From a bacterium (GTDB lineage: Bacteria; Patescibacteriota; Minisyncoccia; UBA6257; UBA9933), in assembly GCA_030693235.1 (NCBI GenBank), contig JAUYBE010000004.1:1-59114 (forward strand): 59,114 nt of DNA, written 5' to 3'. This document shows positions 37,221-47,085 of the stretch, piece after piece. Every line of letters begins with the position of its first letter. Position 1 is the stretch's first letter. The notes below the pieces were generated by a model. The model did no database searches. It was not told the DNA's origin and saw only the letters and a program-made list of their open reading frames with translations. The position numbers and the translations under genes were made by a program.

Positions 37221-40200
37221 TCATAACTCTGTCGCTTGTTGGCAAATAAATTTCGGTTCGTTGTTTCGCCAGGATAATTTGCCGCTTGCCAGAATCACTT
37301 TGTTTTCCTGCCAGATAGCCGGATTTTTGGCAAGAGTGTCGCTGAAGACCACCATTTCCAAAGAATCATTTTTGTCTTCAATTTCAACGAATAAGATCGA
37401 CTGGCCTGTTTTTGTGACGATCCTTTTGATTTTGGAAATGACGCCGAGAACTCGACTGCCGTTACCATTGCCGTTGAATCCTTTGTTTTCCAACACCTTT
37501 TTTATCGTTTTTACGTTGTCGCCGTTAATCTTTCCCATGTATTGGTCCAAGGGATGGCCGGAAATATAAAGCCCCAACAATTCTTTTTCCCAGGCAAGTT
37601 TTTCTTTATTGGATATCGGATTATTTTTGGCGTTAATTTTTAAAAAAGCGGGAATGGAATAATCCGCGCCGAAAAGACTGGTTTGGGAATTTTGATTGTT
37701 TCCGTTGCGGTTCTTCTTGATATTCTGACTGAAAGCGAGAATTTTTTCAATATTGGCCAAAAGCTGTCCCCGATTAACATTCAAAGAATCAAAAGCGCCG
37801 GCTTTGAGCAAGCTTTCCAAAGATTTTTTATTGAGATCTTTATGAAAAACTCTTGTCAAAAAATCGGTGAAATCGGCAAAGGGTCCGGCGACTTGTCTTT
37901 CCTGGATAATCGCGTCAATAATATTAGCGCCGACATTTTTAATGGCTAAAAGTCCGAAGCGGATATTGCTGTCGTCTTCGGGAATAAAATTGACGAAACT
38001 TTTATTGATGTCCGGAGGCAAAACCTTGATACGCGCTTTTTGGGATTCATGAATCAGGAAAGCGATTCTTTCAGTGTCGCCCGAGTCGGCATTCAAAAGA
38101 CTGGTCATAAATTCGATCGGGTAGCGGGTTTTAAGATAGGCGGTTTGATAGCCGATTAAAGCGTAGCAGGCGGCGTGACTTCGATTAAACCCATAACGCG
38201 CAAAAGGCGGAAAGAGTTCCCAAATTTCTTTGGCGGTTTTTTGGTCAATGCCGTTTTCTGCCATTCCTTTAATTAATCTTTCTTTTTGGGAGTCGAGCAA
38301 GATCTTGATTTTTTTACCAATCGCTTTTCTTAAAATATCGGCTTCAGCGAGCGTAAAACCGGCCAAATCTCTGGCAATCCGCATCATTTGTTCCTGATAA
38401 ATTCCGATGCCGTAAGTATTTTTTAAAATAGGTTCAAGCATGGGATGAAGATATTTCACTTTTTCCCGGCCGTGTTTGCGGTTAACGAACGAAGGAATAA
38501 GCTCTATCGGTCCTGGCCGATAAAGAGACACCATGGCGATAATATCTTCGAATTCTGTCGGTTTTAATTCTTTAAGATTACGCCGCATACCATTTGATTC
38601 CAATTGAAACACGCCAACACAATCTCCTTCTTGAAGAAGCTTAAAAGTTTTTTTATCGTCAAGAGGGATTTTGGAAATTTCAATTTCTTCATCGCGAAGC
38701 TCTTTGATTAAGCGGATAGTTTCTTCGATAATGGTCAGATTTTTAAGGCCCAATAAATCGATTTTTAACAATCCCAAGTCTTCAATGCTGTGCATTTCAA
38801 ATTGGGTGATAATAATGTTTGGATCTTGAGGGGAGCGTTGAAGCGGGACGTAATCGGTTAACGGCTCTTTGCTGATAACAAGACCGCAGGCGTGAACCGA
38901 AGCGTGCCGGGCAACACCTTCCAGATGTTCGGCCGCGTCAATAATTTTCTTGGCATCAGGATTGTTTTTATAAAGTTCGTTTAATTCCGGAACTTTTTTC
39001 AGCGCTTCTTCCAGTTTTTCATTAAAAGGAATTAGTTTGGCCAATTGGTCGCAAAGGCCGTAGGGCTGTCCCAATGCCCGGCCGGCGTCGCGAATGGCGG
39101 CTCTGGCGGCCATGGTTCCGAAAGTGATAATTTGAGCCACTCGGTCTTCACCGTATTTTTGTCTAATATAAGCAAAGACTTCATCGCGTCTGGCATCGGT
39201 GAAATCCAAATCAATATCCGGCATGGAAATTCTGTCTGGGTTCAAAAATCTTTCAAAAAGCAAATCGTATTTTAAGGGGTCAATGTCGGTAATACCCAAA
39301 ACATAAGATACTAAACTGCCGGCGGCCGAACCTCTGCCCGGACCGACCACGATTCCTCTTTCTTTCGCCCAATTGACGAAATCTTGGACAATCAAAAAAT
39401 AATCGGCAAAGCCGGTTTTTTTAATAACTTCCAATTCATAATCCAATCGTTCCATCACTTTGGCGTCGGCTGTTGAAAAACGATCGGTTATTTTTTCTAT
39501 TGCCAATTCTTTAAGATATTCAATGGCGGAATTTTTGTTTTCCGGCAATGGGAATTCCGGCAAGAGAATCTGATGAAGCGGCAAATTAACGTTGCAGCGT
39601 TCGGCGATTTTGACCGTGTTTTCAATCGCTTCGGCTGAATCTTTGAAAAATTCAATCATTTCTTCCTGCGAGCGCATTGAAAAGTCATCTATTTTTATGC
39701 TTAATCGGTTGTCGTCTTCAATCGTGTTGCCGGTTTGAATCGCCAATAAAATATCCTGATATTCGGCGTCTTCGGATTTAAGATAATGAATATCTTGAGT
39801 GGCGACCAAAGGAGCGCCGGTTTTTTGAGAAAGTTTTTTCAGTCCTTCGTTGACTTTGGCAACTTCGGGCATGTTCGGGTGGTGTCCGATTTCCAAAAAG
39901 AAATTTTCTTTGCCGAAAATGTCTTGATATTCTTGGATGGTTTTTTCAGCCTCTTCAAGATTATTGTTTAAAATCAGTTGCGGGATTTCGCCGGCCGGGC
40001 AAGCTGAAAGAGCGATTAACCCTTCGTGGTGTTGGCGCAATAATTCTTTATCCATTCTCGGCTTATAATAAAATCCTTCCAGATTGGCTTTGGTGACTAA
40101 TTGGAGAAGATTTTTCCAGCCAAGATTGTTTTCGCAGAGGAGAATCAGGTGAAAATAATTTTTCCCGTCGTTTTTAGAATATTGTTTTTCAAGGCGCGAG

Positions 40201-40415
40201 CCTTTGGCGATATAAGCCTCAACGCCCAAAATCGGTTTGATTTCGGCTTTCAGCGCTTTTTTGTAGAATTCAACGCTGCCATAGAGATTGCCGTGGTCGG
40301 TCAAAGCCAGGGATTTCATTCCCAGTTCTTTGGCGCGACTGATAAGGTCGTCGATTTTGGCAAGGCCGTCAAGGAGAGAATAATGGGAATGAGTATGGAG
40401 GTGAATAAAGCGCAT
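37221..40415 (-). CDS. dnaE: DNA polymerase III alpha subunit
   Basis: PHP HLHTHSHYSLLDG, GRGSAAGS, PDIDLDF, GFNRSH. Confidence 0.98.
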   Translation of the reverse strand: MRFIHLHTHSHYSLLDGLAKIDDLISRAKELGMKSLALTDHGNLYGSVEFYKKALKAEIKPILGVEAYIAKGSRLEKQYSKNDGKNYFHLILLCENNLGWKNLLQLVTKANLEGFYYKPRMDKELLRQHHEGLIALSACPAGEIPQLILNNNLEEAEKTIQEYQDIFGKENFFLEIGHHPNMPEVAKVNEGLKKLSQKTGAPLVATQDIHYLKSEDAEYQDILLAIQTGNTIEDDNRLSIKIDDFSMRSQEEMIEFFKDSAEAIENTVKIAERCNVNLPLHQILLPEFPLPENKNSAIEYLKELAIEKITDRFSTADAKVMERLDYELEVIKKTGFADYFLIVQDFVNWAKERGIVVGPGRGSAAGSLVSYVLGITDIDPLKYDLLFERFLNPDRISMPDIDLDFTDARRDEVFAYIRQKYGEDRVAQIITFGTMAARAAIRDAGRALGQPYGLCDQLAKLIPFNEKLEEALKKVPELNELYKNNPDAKKIIDAAEHLEGVARHASVHACGLVISKEPLTDYVPLQRSPQDPNIIITQFEMHSIEDLGLLKIDLLGLKNLTIIEETIRLIKELRDEEIEISKIPLDDKKTFKLLQEGDCVGVFQLESNGMRRNLKELKPTEFEDIIAMVSLYRPGPIELIPSFVNRKHGREKVKYLHPMLEPILKNTYGIGIYQEQMMRIARDLAGFTLAEADILRKAIGKKIKILLDSQKERLIKGMAENGIDQKTAKEIWELFPPFARYGFNRSHAACYALIGYQTAYLKTRYPIEFMTSLLNADSGDTERIAFLIHESQKARIKVLPPDINKSFVNFIPEDDSNIRFGLLAIKNVGANIIDAIIQERQVAGPFADFTDFLTRVFHKDLNKKSLESLLKAGAFDSLNVNRGQLLANIEKILAFSQNIKKNRNGNNQNSQTSLFGADYSIPAFLKINAKNNPISNKEKLAWEKELLGLYISGHPLDQYMGKINGDNVKTIKKVLENKGFNGNGNGSRVLGVISKIKRIVTKTGQSILFVEIEDKNDSLEMVVFSDTLAKNPAIWQENKVILASGKLSWRNNEPKFICQQATEL

Positions 40416-40473
40416 TATTTAATTATATTTATTAAATTTTAAAAATCAAAATTTAAGTGTTAAAATCAATTTT

Positions 40474-41148
40474 ATGCTTAAGCCAAAAACTAAATATATT
40501 ATTGGTATTGATGAAGTCGGTCGGGGACCATTAGCCGGACCGGTTGTCGTCGCGGCAGTAGCCGTTCCAATAAAATTAAAAATACAGAATACAGAATTAA
40601 GAACCACTAAATTAGCTCCGCTCAGGGATTCCAAAAAATTATCTTCGAAACAGCGCGAGGCTTGGTTTGATTACATAAAAGAAAGTCAAAAGTCAAAAGC
40701 CAAAAGTCAAAGGTTGTATTACGCCATTGCTTCGGTGTCGCCGAAAGTGATTGATAGAATAAATATTTCCAAAGCCGCTAATTTGGCCGCCACCCGAGCG
40801 TTTCAAAAGTTAGTCAACAGTTATGCGATCGCGTCAGTGTTGACTAAAAATAATAATGTAAATGTGAAAATTTTTCTTGACGGCGGATTGTATCTTAAAA
40901 AACTACAAACTACAAACTACAAACTAAAAACTAAAACTATTATAAGAGGCGATGAAAAAATTCCGGCGATAGCGTTGGCTTCCATTGTCGCCAAAGTCAC
41001 CCGCGACCGGACAATGAAAAAATTGCACAAAAAATATCCCCAATACGGTTTTGACAAACATAAAGGATACGGCACGAAAAAGCATTTTAAAGCGATTAAA
41101 AAATACAGACCCTCGCCGATTCACAGGAAAAGTTTTAAAATTAAATAA
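40474..41148 (+). CDS. rnhB: ribonuclease HII
   Basis: IGIDEVGRGPLAGP, DSKKLS, ASIVAKVTRD, HKGYGT. Confidence 0.96.
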   Translation: MLKPKTKYIIGIDEVGRGPLAGPVVVAAVAVPIKLKIQNTELRTTKLAPLRDSKKLSSKQREAWFDYIKESQKSKAKSQRLYYAIASVSPKVIDRINISKAANLAATRAFQKLVNSYAIASVLTKNNNVNVKIFLDGGLYLKKLQTTNYKLKTKTIIRGDEKIPAIALASIVAKVTRDRTMKKLHKKYPQYGFDKHKGYGTKKHFKAIKKYRPSPIHRKSFKIK

Positions 41149-41198
41149 TCTAATAGTAGATTGGCTTTTTGGGATTTTTATTGTAATATTTTAGAGAA

Positions 41199-41837
41199 AT
41201 GTTGCGGCGTTATTTTATTATTTTAATAGTTATTCTTTTGGCGGGAACGATTTATTTTACCGCTTTTTTCATAAAAAAAGAGCGTTCTTTTGGCGAGAAT
41301 TTGCGTTTTAGACAAGAAAATGAAGAACTAAAAGCTCAAATCCAGTTGTCAAAAATCAATAGTCAAAAATCAATAGTCAATAATAATTTCCTTACTGCGA
41401 AAGTATTCTCCACATACCCCTTCAATATTAAAAATCAGATTACCGTCAATGCCGGCGAAAAGCAGGGGATTAAAAAATTGTCGGCGGCGATTTTAAAAGA
41501 AAATATTTTAATCGGCCAAGTGAATGAAGTTTTTGAAAATTACAGCGTCGTTAAAACAATTTTTGATTCGAATTTCCAATTGCCGGTGAGAATAGGCAAA
41601 GATGAAATCAACGCCCTTTTTCAGGGTGGCGCCGAGCCGAAAGTGATTTTAATTGACAAAGAAAAACCGCTTCAAATAGGCGATGTTGTTTATTCGGCGA
41701 GTTCGGAATTTCCTTACGGTCTAAAAATCGGCGAGATTTCGGAAATCAAAGAAACCAGCGCCGGCGTTTTTAAAGAAGCGATTTTAAAAATGCCGTTTAA
41801 CGTGAATGAGCTAAGGGAAGTTAATATTAAATTATGA
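41199..41837 (+). CDS. mreC: rod shape-determining protein MreC
   Basis: TM, short coiled coil, 'I.VNAG..QGI', 'LIGQV', 'GD.V.S..S..PYGL.IG.I'. Confidence 0.85.
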   Translation: MLRRYFIILIVILLAGTIYFTAFFIKKERSFGENLRFRQENEELKAQIQLSKINSQKSIVNNNFLTAKVFSTYPFNIKNQITVNAGEKQGIKKLSAAILKENILIGQVNEVFENYSVVKTIFDSNFQLPVRIGKDEINALFQGGAEPKVILIDKEKPLQIGDVVYSASSEFPYGLKIGEISEIKETSAGVFKEAILKMPFNVNELREVNIKL

Positions 41838-42274
41838 AATTATTCTCTCTCATTTTATTGGTCGGTTTATTGACTTTTTTTCAGGTTTTGGGTTTTTCTG
41901 TTTTCGGCGTTAAGCCGAATCTGGCTTTGGCGGTTGTAGTCGCCGCTTCTTTTTTTATTGCGAGTTTTTGGGAGGGATTTTTATTGGTGGTTTTGGCGGT
42001 TTTGATTTTAAAATTTTCACCGGGTTTTGCGCCAGAAATTTTGGTTTTCGCTCTAATCGGCGTCGGCGCGCTCATCGTCAAAAATTATCTTCCCTGGCGG
42101 AATTTCTTGAATAATTTGTTTTTGGTCGTTGCCGGCACTTTTATTTTTTATCTGATTTTATCTCCCAATTTGATTTTGTCGGCGATTTTCGCCAAAGAAT
42201 TATTTTTGAATCTTGTCGCGGGAATTTCAATATTTGCGCTACTTTCATTCTCGTGGCAAAATAAGTTAATATGA
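41834..42274 (+). CDS. MreD-like membrane protein
   Basis: 5 TM, 'GVKPNLAL', overlaps mreC stop. Confidence 0.6.
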   Translation: MKLFSLILLVGLLTFFQVLGFSVFGVKPNLALAVVVAASFFIASFWEGFLLVVLAVLILKFSPGFAPEILVFALIGVGALIVKNYLPWRNFLNNLFLVVAGTFIFYLILSPNLILSAIFAKELFLNLVAGISIFALLSFSWQNKLI

Positions 42275-44316
42275 AGTTTTCTTACGCTTTAATAAAAAAA
42301 TTGGTTCCGGGGGTAAAAAGCAAAAAAGAACTGATTGAAAAATTAAATCTCCATTCTTTTGAAGTTGAAGACGCCGAAGGCGATGTTTTTGATGTTTCAG
42401 TTCCGCCGAACCGGTTTTCGGACGCAGGGTCGCATATGGGAATCGCGCGCGAGCTTTCCGCCATTTATAGAAAATTTTTTAAAGAACCCAAAATTACTTT
42501 ATTAAAATCTTATATAAAAAAGAGAGTCCCCGTAGTTCTAAAAACGCCTTTATGTTTTAGAATGTCGGCTTGTTATTTTGGGGAATTGCATATTGGTCCA
42601 TCGCCAAAATGGATGCAAAAAATTTTAATTGATTGCGGATTAAGATCAATTAATAATTTAGTTGATATTACAAATTATGTAACCATTGAAACTGGCCAGC
42701 CGTTGCATGCTTTTGATTTTGATAAGATGGAAGGCGGACAATTAATTATTAGAAATGCGAAAGATGGCGAAAAGGTGGAATTGCTTGATGGCGTTGAAGT
42801 ATTTTTAAAATCAGACATAGCTGTTCTTGCGGATTTAAAAGGAGCGCTTGATATAGCTGGTATTAAAGGCGGAAAAAAAGCGGAAATAAGCAAAAAAACA
42901 AAAAATATTTTACTTACATCGGGCAATTTTGATGGCGTAAGTATTTATAAAGCTTCTCGGAAAACGAAAATAAGCACTGATGCATCGCTTAGATTTTCTC
43001 ATGATATTAGCCCTGAGCTTGCAAGTATTGGTATTAATAGAGCGGGAGAGTTAATTAAAAAATTGTGCGGGGGAAAACCGGGTATTTTAGTTGATATATA
43101 TCCAGAAAAACAACGGAAAAAAATTATTAAGTTTGATCTGGAAAAATTCAATAAATTCATCGGACTGGATTTAGACAGCCAGACCATTAAAAATTATTTA
43201 AATTTATTAGGATTTCAATTTCCGCGTCAGTCCGCGTCAAGTTCGCGTAGTTCCGCGTTTCTGGTGGAGGTTCCTCCTCTTCGCCAAGACATTGAAACTT
43301 TTGAAGATTTGGCTGAGGAAATAGCAAGGCTTTATGGCTATGATAAAATCAAATCAACGCCGGCGCTTATTCGTCTGATTCCTTCCGGTTTTGAAGACCA
43401 GATTATTTTGAAAGATAAAATCAGAAAAATTTTATCCGGCATGGGATTAAGCGAAGTGTATAATTATTCCTTCATATCGCAGACAGATGCGGACAATATG
43501 CAGACAAACGTAGACAGTCCGCGTTGGTCCGCGTTGAGTCCGCGTAAGTCCGCGTTGGTGGAGTTGGAAAATCCTATCAGCGCTCAATTCAAATATCTCC
43601 GCCCTTCTTTAGCAAGTCATCTTTTGGAAAATATTAAAAGTAATTCGCGATTTTTTGACGAGATAAAGATTTTTGAAATCGGAAAAGTTTTTGATAAAAC
43701 GGAAGAAAAATTAATATTGGGCATAGCCATGGCTTCTAAAAATAATCCGCCGGCTGGCGGAGACGAAATGTTTTTTGAAGCGAAGGGCGTTATTGAGCGG
43801 TTATTCAAAAAAATCGGGTTGGTTGATTTTTTAATGAAAGAATCGAGAAGTGGGAATTTGGAAATTAAATCTGGCGATAAAATAATCGGTTTCATAAATC
43901 ATTTAGAATATAAGGGTATTTTAGCGGAGATAGATTTAGATTCCTTACTAGAATTAGTGGTTGAAGAGCGCGAATATCGTCCTTTGCCTAAATATCCTTC
44001 AATAATGCGCGATATTTCGATTTTGGTTGAACAGACGGCGCGAGTCGGCGAAATAATGCAAGCAATCCAAGAAATTGATTTGGAATATATCGAAGACGTT
44101 GATTTGATGGACGAATACGACTTAATCGCGGACCAACGCGGAAAAGGTCTGCGTAAGTCAGCGTTAAGTCGGCGCGAGTCAGCTGTAAGGAGAAGCCTTA
44201 CATTCCGGATTGTTTTTCAAGCCGAAGATCGGACTTTAACGGACGATGAAGCCAATAAAGAAATGGAAAAAATTTCCAAAATGCTTAAAATAAAATTTAA
44301 AGCGATTATTAGATAA
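42271..44316 (+). CDS. pheT: phenylalanine--tRNA ligase beta subunit (short form)
   Basis: PPNR.D, INNLVDITNYV.IETGQPLHAFD, D.AEEIARLYGY, LRPSL, FDX-ACB C-terminus. Confidence 0.95.
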   Translation: MKFSYALIKKLVPGVKSKKELIEKLNLHSFEVEDAEGDVFDVSVPPNRFSDAGSHMGIARELSAIYRKFFKEPKITLLKSYIKKRVPVVLKTPLCFRMSACYFGELHIGPSPKWMQKILIDCGLRSINNLVDITNYVTIETGQPLHAFDFDKMEGGQLIIRNAKDGEKVELLDGVEVFLKSDIAVLADLKGALDIAGIKGGKKAEISKKTKNILLTSGNFDGVSIYKASRKTKISTDASLRFSHDISPELASIGINRAGELIKKLCGGKPGILVDIYPEKQRKKIIKFDLEKFNKFIGLDLDSQTIKNYLNLLGFQFPRQSASSSRSSAFLVEVPPLRQDIETFEDLAEEIARLYGYDKIKSTPALIRLIPSGFEDQIILKDKIRKILSGMGLSEVYNYSFISQTDADNMQTNVDSPRWSALSPRKSALVELENPISAQFKYLRPSLASHLLENIKSNSRFFDEIKIFEIGKVFDKTEEKLILGIAMASKNNPPAGGDEMFFEAKGVIERLFKKIGLVDFLMKESRSGNLEIKSGDKIIGFINHLEYKGILAEIDLDSLLELVVEEREYRPLPKYPSIMRDISILVEQTARVGEIMQAIQEIDLEYIEDVDLMDEYDLIADQRGKGLRKSALSRRESAVRRSLTFRIVFQAEDRTLTDDEANKEMEKISKMLKIKFKAIIR

Positions 44317-44343
44317 ATGACAATAATTTAACTTAATGATATA

Positions 44344-45738
44344 ATGATATTTATTAATATAAAAAAAGGGTTCGCCCTCATCGAACTCCTCATCGTCATC
44401 GGCATTATCGCGGTTTTGGCCACAGCCGTAGTCGTTGTCATGAATCCGATGGAATATTTCAAAAAATCCCGAGACTCAACCAGAATGTCCGAACTCCAAA
44501 CAATCAACAAGGCTTTAGGTCAATATCTGGCAGACGGAAAAACCTATTTAGGCGAAACCAACAAGGTTTATGTTTCTATTCCTGATAATGCTTCCCAAAT
44601 CTGCGCCAGTTTGGGTTTACCTGCTTTACCCACAGGCTGGGAATATCGCTGTTCCAATTCCGCCAATTATCGGAAAGTTGATTCCACCGGCTGGATACCC
44701 GTCCCTTTCACCTCTATCTCCTTTGGCTCAAACTTAGCAATCCTTCCCATTGACCCTGTCAATACTACTTCTACTGGAGAATACTATACTTATATCACTG
44801 ACGGCTCTTGGGAACTCAATGCGATTTTAACTTCAGACAGATATAAGGCTAAGGCTCAAAATGATGGCGGCGACTCTGACAATGCTTTTGAAACTGGCTC
44901 AGCCGCCGGCTTGGCTCTGACGCCTTTAACTTTCCCTCATAACTGGATAAAGGTTGATAATTTTTGGGTGATGAAATATGAAGCCAAATATTCAAAAACA
45001 GGCAGTGGCGCCAGCGATGCTTCAACAGTCAATTGCGTGGCTGATTCAGGCGACGGCCTTGACTGGAGAGATTCCGGCTGCAATGATTCCACCAAAGTAG
45101 TTTCTTCTCCTTATGGTTCTCCTGTGGTCCATATTACCCATAATCAGGCGAAAACCGCTTGCCAGACAATCGGCGCTCGTCTTATTATTAATCAAGAATG
45201 GATGACCATTGCCCGAAATGCCGAACAAGTTGGCTCAAACTGGTCAGGCGGTTCAGTTGGTTCGGGTTGTCTTTTTAGGGGCAATGTTGGTTCAAATGCC
45301 TGCGGCTACAACGGCGCTGACCCGGAAAAAGGAATTTACCGCAACGCTAAAGCTAAACTTGTTCTTTCTAATGGCGAAGAAATTTGGGACATTGCCGGCA
45401 ATGTCTGGGAACACGTGATGAAAGACGCTAATGACACTTTGGTAAGATACACCCCAAGCGATGGCGGAGCTGTTGGTTGGCGCTGGATTGAACATACGGC
45501 CATAACAGGTTACGGAGACCTTTCTTATAATGAAATCAGGCCTTCGAATTCTTCCTGGAACGCCACCCATGGAATGGGAAGAGTTTATACTTATAACGGC
45601 GATTACGGTAGCGCTTCTCGTGTTCTCCTCCGCGGCGGCAATTGGGTTTATGGCGCGGACGCCGGGGCTTTCACGCTGACATTGAGTTGGGACACGACGT
45701 TTCAGAACAACTTTGTGGGTTTCCGTTGCGCCCGGTAG
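44344..45738 (+). CDS. DGR target: type IV prepilin N-terminus plus C-type lectin (FGE-sulfatase-like) domain
   Basis: KKG|FALIELLIVIGII prepilin motif; 'FWVMKYEA', 'DIAGNVWE', C-terminal 'RGGNW...GAF.L.L.W.....N.VGFRCAR'. Confidence 0.92.
   Translation: MIFINIKKGFALIELLIVIGIIAVLATAVVVVMNPMEYFKKSRDSTRMSELQTINKALGQYLADGKTYLGETNKVYVSIPDNASQICASLGLPALPTGWEYRCSNSANYRKVDSTGWIPVPFTSISFGSNLAILPIDPVNTTSTGEYYTYITDGSWELNAILTSDRYKAKAQNDGGDSDNAFETGSAAGLALTPLTFPHNWIKVDNFWVMKYEAKYSKTGSGASDASTVNCVADSGDGLDWRDSGCNDSTKVVSSPYGSPVVHITHNQAKTACQTIGARLIINQEWMTIARNAEQVGSNWSGGSVGSGCLFRGNVGSNACGYNGADPEKGIYRNAKAKLVLSNGEEIWDIAGNVWEHVMKDANDTLVRYTPSDGGAVGWRWIEHTAITGYGDLSYNEIRPSNSSWNATHGMGRVYTYNGDYGSASRVLLRGGNWVYGADAGAFTLTLSWDTTFQNNFVGFRCAR
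45620..45737 (+). repeat. DGR variable repeat (VR)
   Basis: 118 bp, gap-free alignment to 46698-46815 with 10 mismatches, 9 opposite TR adenines. Confidence 0.96.
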
Positions 45739-45822
45739 TCGTGTAGAAATCTTAAATCTTTAATCTTTTCCCCCGTCGTCATTGCGAGGCGATGAAATCG
45801 CCGAAGCAATCTCTCAACGGTT

Positions 45823-46113
45823 ATGAACCGAAAACAATACTGCATTTACATTATGACTAATAAAATAAACACCGTTTTTTACACCGGGGTTACCGGCAAT
45901 CTACCGAGACGAGTATACGAGCATAAAAACAAACTGGTTGAAGGATTCACCAAAAAGTATAACATTGTAAAATTGGTTTATTACGAAGTTTTTGACAGTC
46001 CTGAAGCCGCCATTCAAAGAGAAAAACAAATTAAGGGCGGTTCCCGGAAAAAGAAAATAGACTTAATTAAAAGTATTAATCCAGAATTTAAGGATTTAAG
46101 CGATTCTCTTTGA
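45823..46113 (+). CDS. GIY-YIG nuclease flanked by family B repeats
   Basis: 'YCIYIMTNK....YTGVT..L.RRVYEHK....GFTKKYN..KLVYYE.......AI.REKQIKGGSR.KK..LI...NP...DL'. Confidence 0.95.
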   Translation: MNRKQYCIYIMTNKINTVFYTGVTGNLPRRVYEHKNKLVEGFTKKYNIVKLVYYEVFDSPEAAIQREKQIKGGSRKKKIDLIKSINPEFKDLSDSL

Positions 46114-46287
46114 GATTGCTTCGGGCTAAAGCCCTCGCAACGACGATAATAGTTGTCATTGCGAACGAAGTGAAGCAATCTCATGGAATTGCCACGGGCT
46201 AAAGCCCTCGTAATGACGAAAAAGAGTGTCATTGTAAGGCACGAAGTCCCGGAGCAATCTCATCCTAGTAATGACAAAATAGCCAAA

Positions 46288-46632
46288 ATGCTTCAAGATT
46301 TAATAATTTATCAAAAGACCTACGATTTTATGCTCCGGCTCCATCCGGTCGTGAACAAATTTCCCAAAAGCCAGCGGTTCGTTTTGGGCCAGCGGATAGA
46401 AAATAAAACTCTTGACCTGCTACACTCGATGATCGTCGCAAACGCCGAGCGGGATAAATCAACGATGTTGCGAATGGCCAGCGTGGAATTGGATGAACTG
46501 CGAATATTGATTCGGCTTGCCAAAGATTTGCGTTTTGTGAACATAAAGCAGTATGAAATTATGGCCGAGCGAATGAATGAAATCGGAAAATTATTGTACG
46601 GGTGGATGAATAAATTTCCCCGCGCGGCGTAA
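46288..46632 (+). CDS. avd: DGR accessory variability determinant (Avd)
   Basis: 114-aa basic four-helix bundle 'L.IYQK.YD.......V.KFPK..RF.LG..I', between target and TR. Confidence 0.9.
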   Translation: MLQDLIIYQKTYDFMLRLHPVVNKFPKSQRFVLGQRIENKTLDLLHSMIVANAERDKSTMLRMASVELDELRILIRLAKDLRFVNIKQYEIMAERMNEIGKLLYGWMNKFPRAA

Positions 46633-46697
46633 TTTGTTTATAATAAAAAAGTTCCTAATGGAACGGGGATAAGGGCTACACAACGGTGTCTTCATGT

Positions 46698-46815
46698 GTG
46701 TTCTCCTCCGCGGCGGCAATTGGGATAATGGCGCGAACGCCGGGGCTTTCACGCTGAACTTGAATTGGGACACGACGAATCAGAACAACAATGTGGGTTT
46801 CCGTTGCGCCCGGTA
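46698..46815 (+). repeat. DGR template repeat (TR)
   Basis: Nine AAY codons in the VR frame; lies between avd and RT. Confidence 0.96.
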
Positions 46816-47085
46816 CTCATCACAATATATAACTTGAAACTTTAAGATTCAAGAAATTGGCCCGAACAAAGTATCCACGGATACGAGTCTGTATGCCAAA
46901 ACGACTACTGCCCTTATTCCCTCTTTTCGGATTTTCCGAAGGGAAAATATAAATCCCTACCACTTGTTTGTTATTTCGCTTTTTTAGAAACATTTAAAAG
47001 GGCGCGTCCCAAATAAGAATGCTTGCGGAATAGTTAATTTATGGGACATAATTATTCCGTGGGCAAGGGATTTCTTGTTTTTAAA
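46816..47085 (+). ncRNA. TR-RT spacer, probable structured 3-prime part of the DGR RNA
   Basis: 270-nt largely non-coding spacer with hairpins (GTATCC-AC-GGATAC; TTCGGA-TTT-TCCGAA); position matches the DGR sp region. Confidence 0.45.

Noticed and set aside
46183-46287. N-terminal extension of Avd in the ORF track
   Set aside because: It is translated family B repeat sequence; the real start is most likely ATG 46288.
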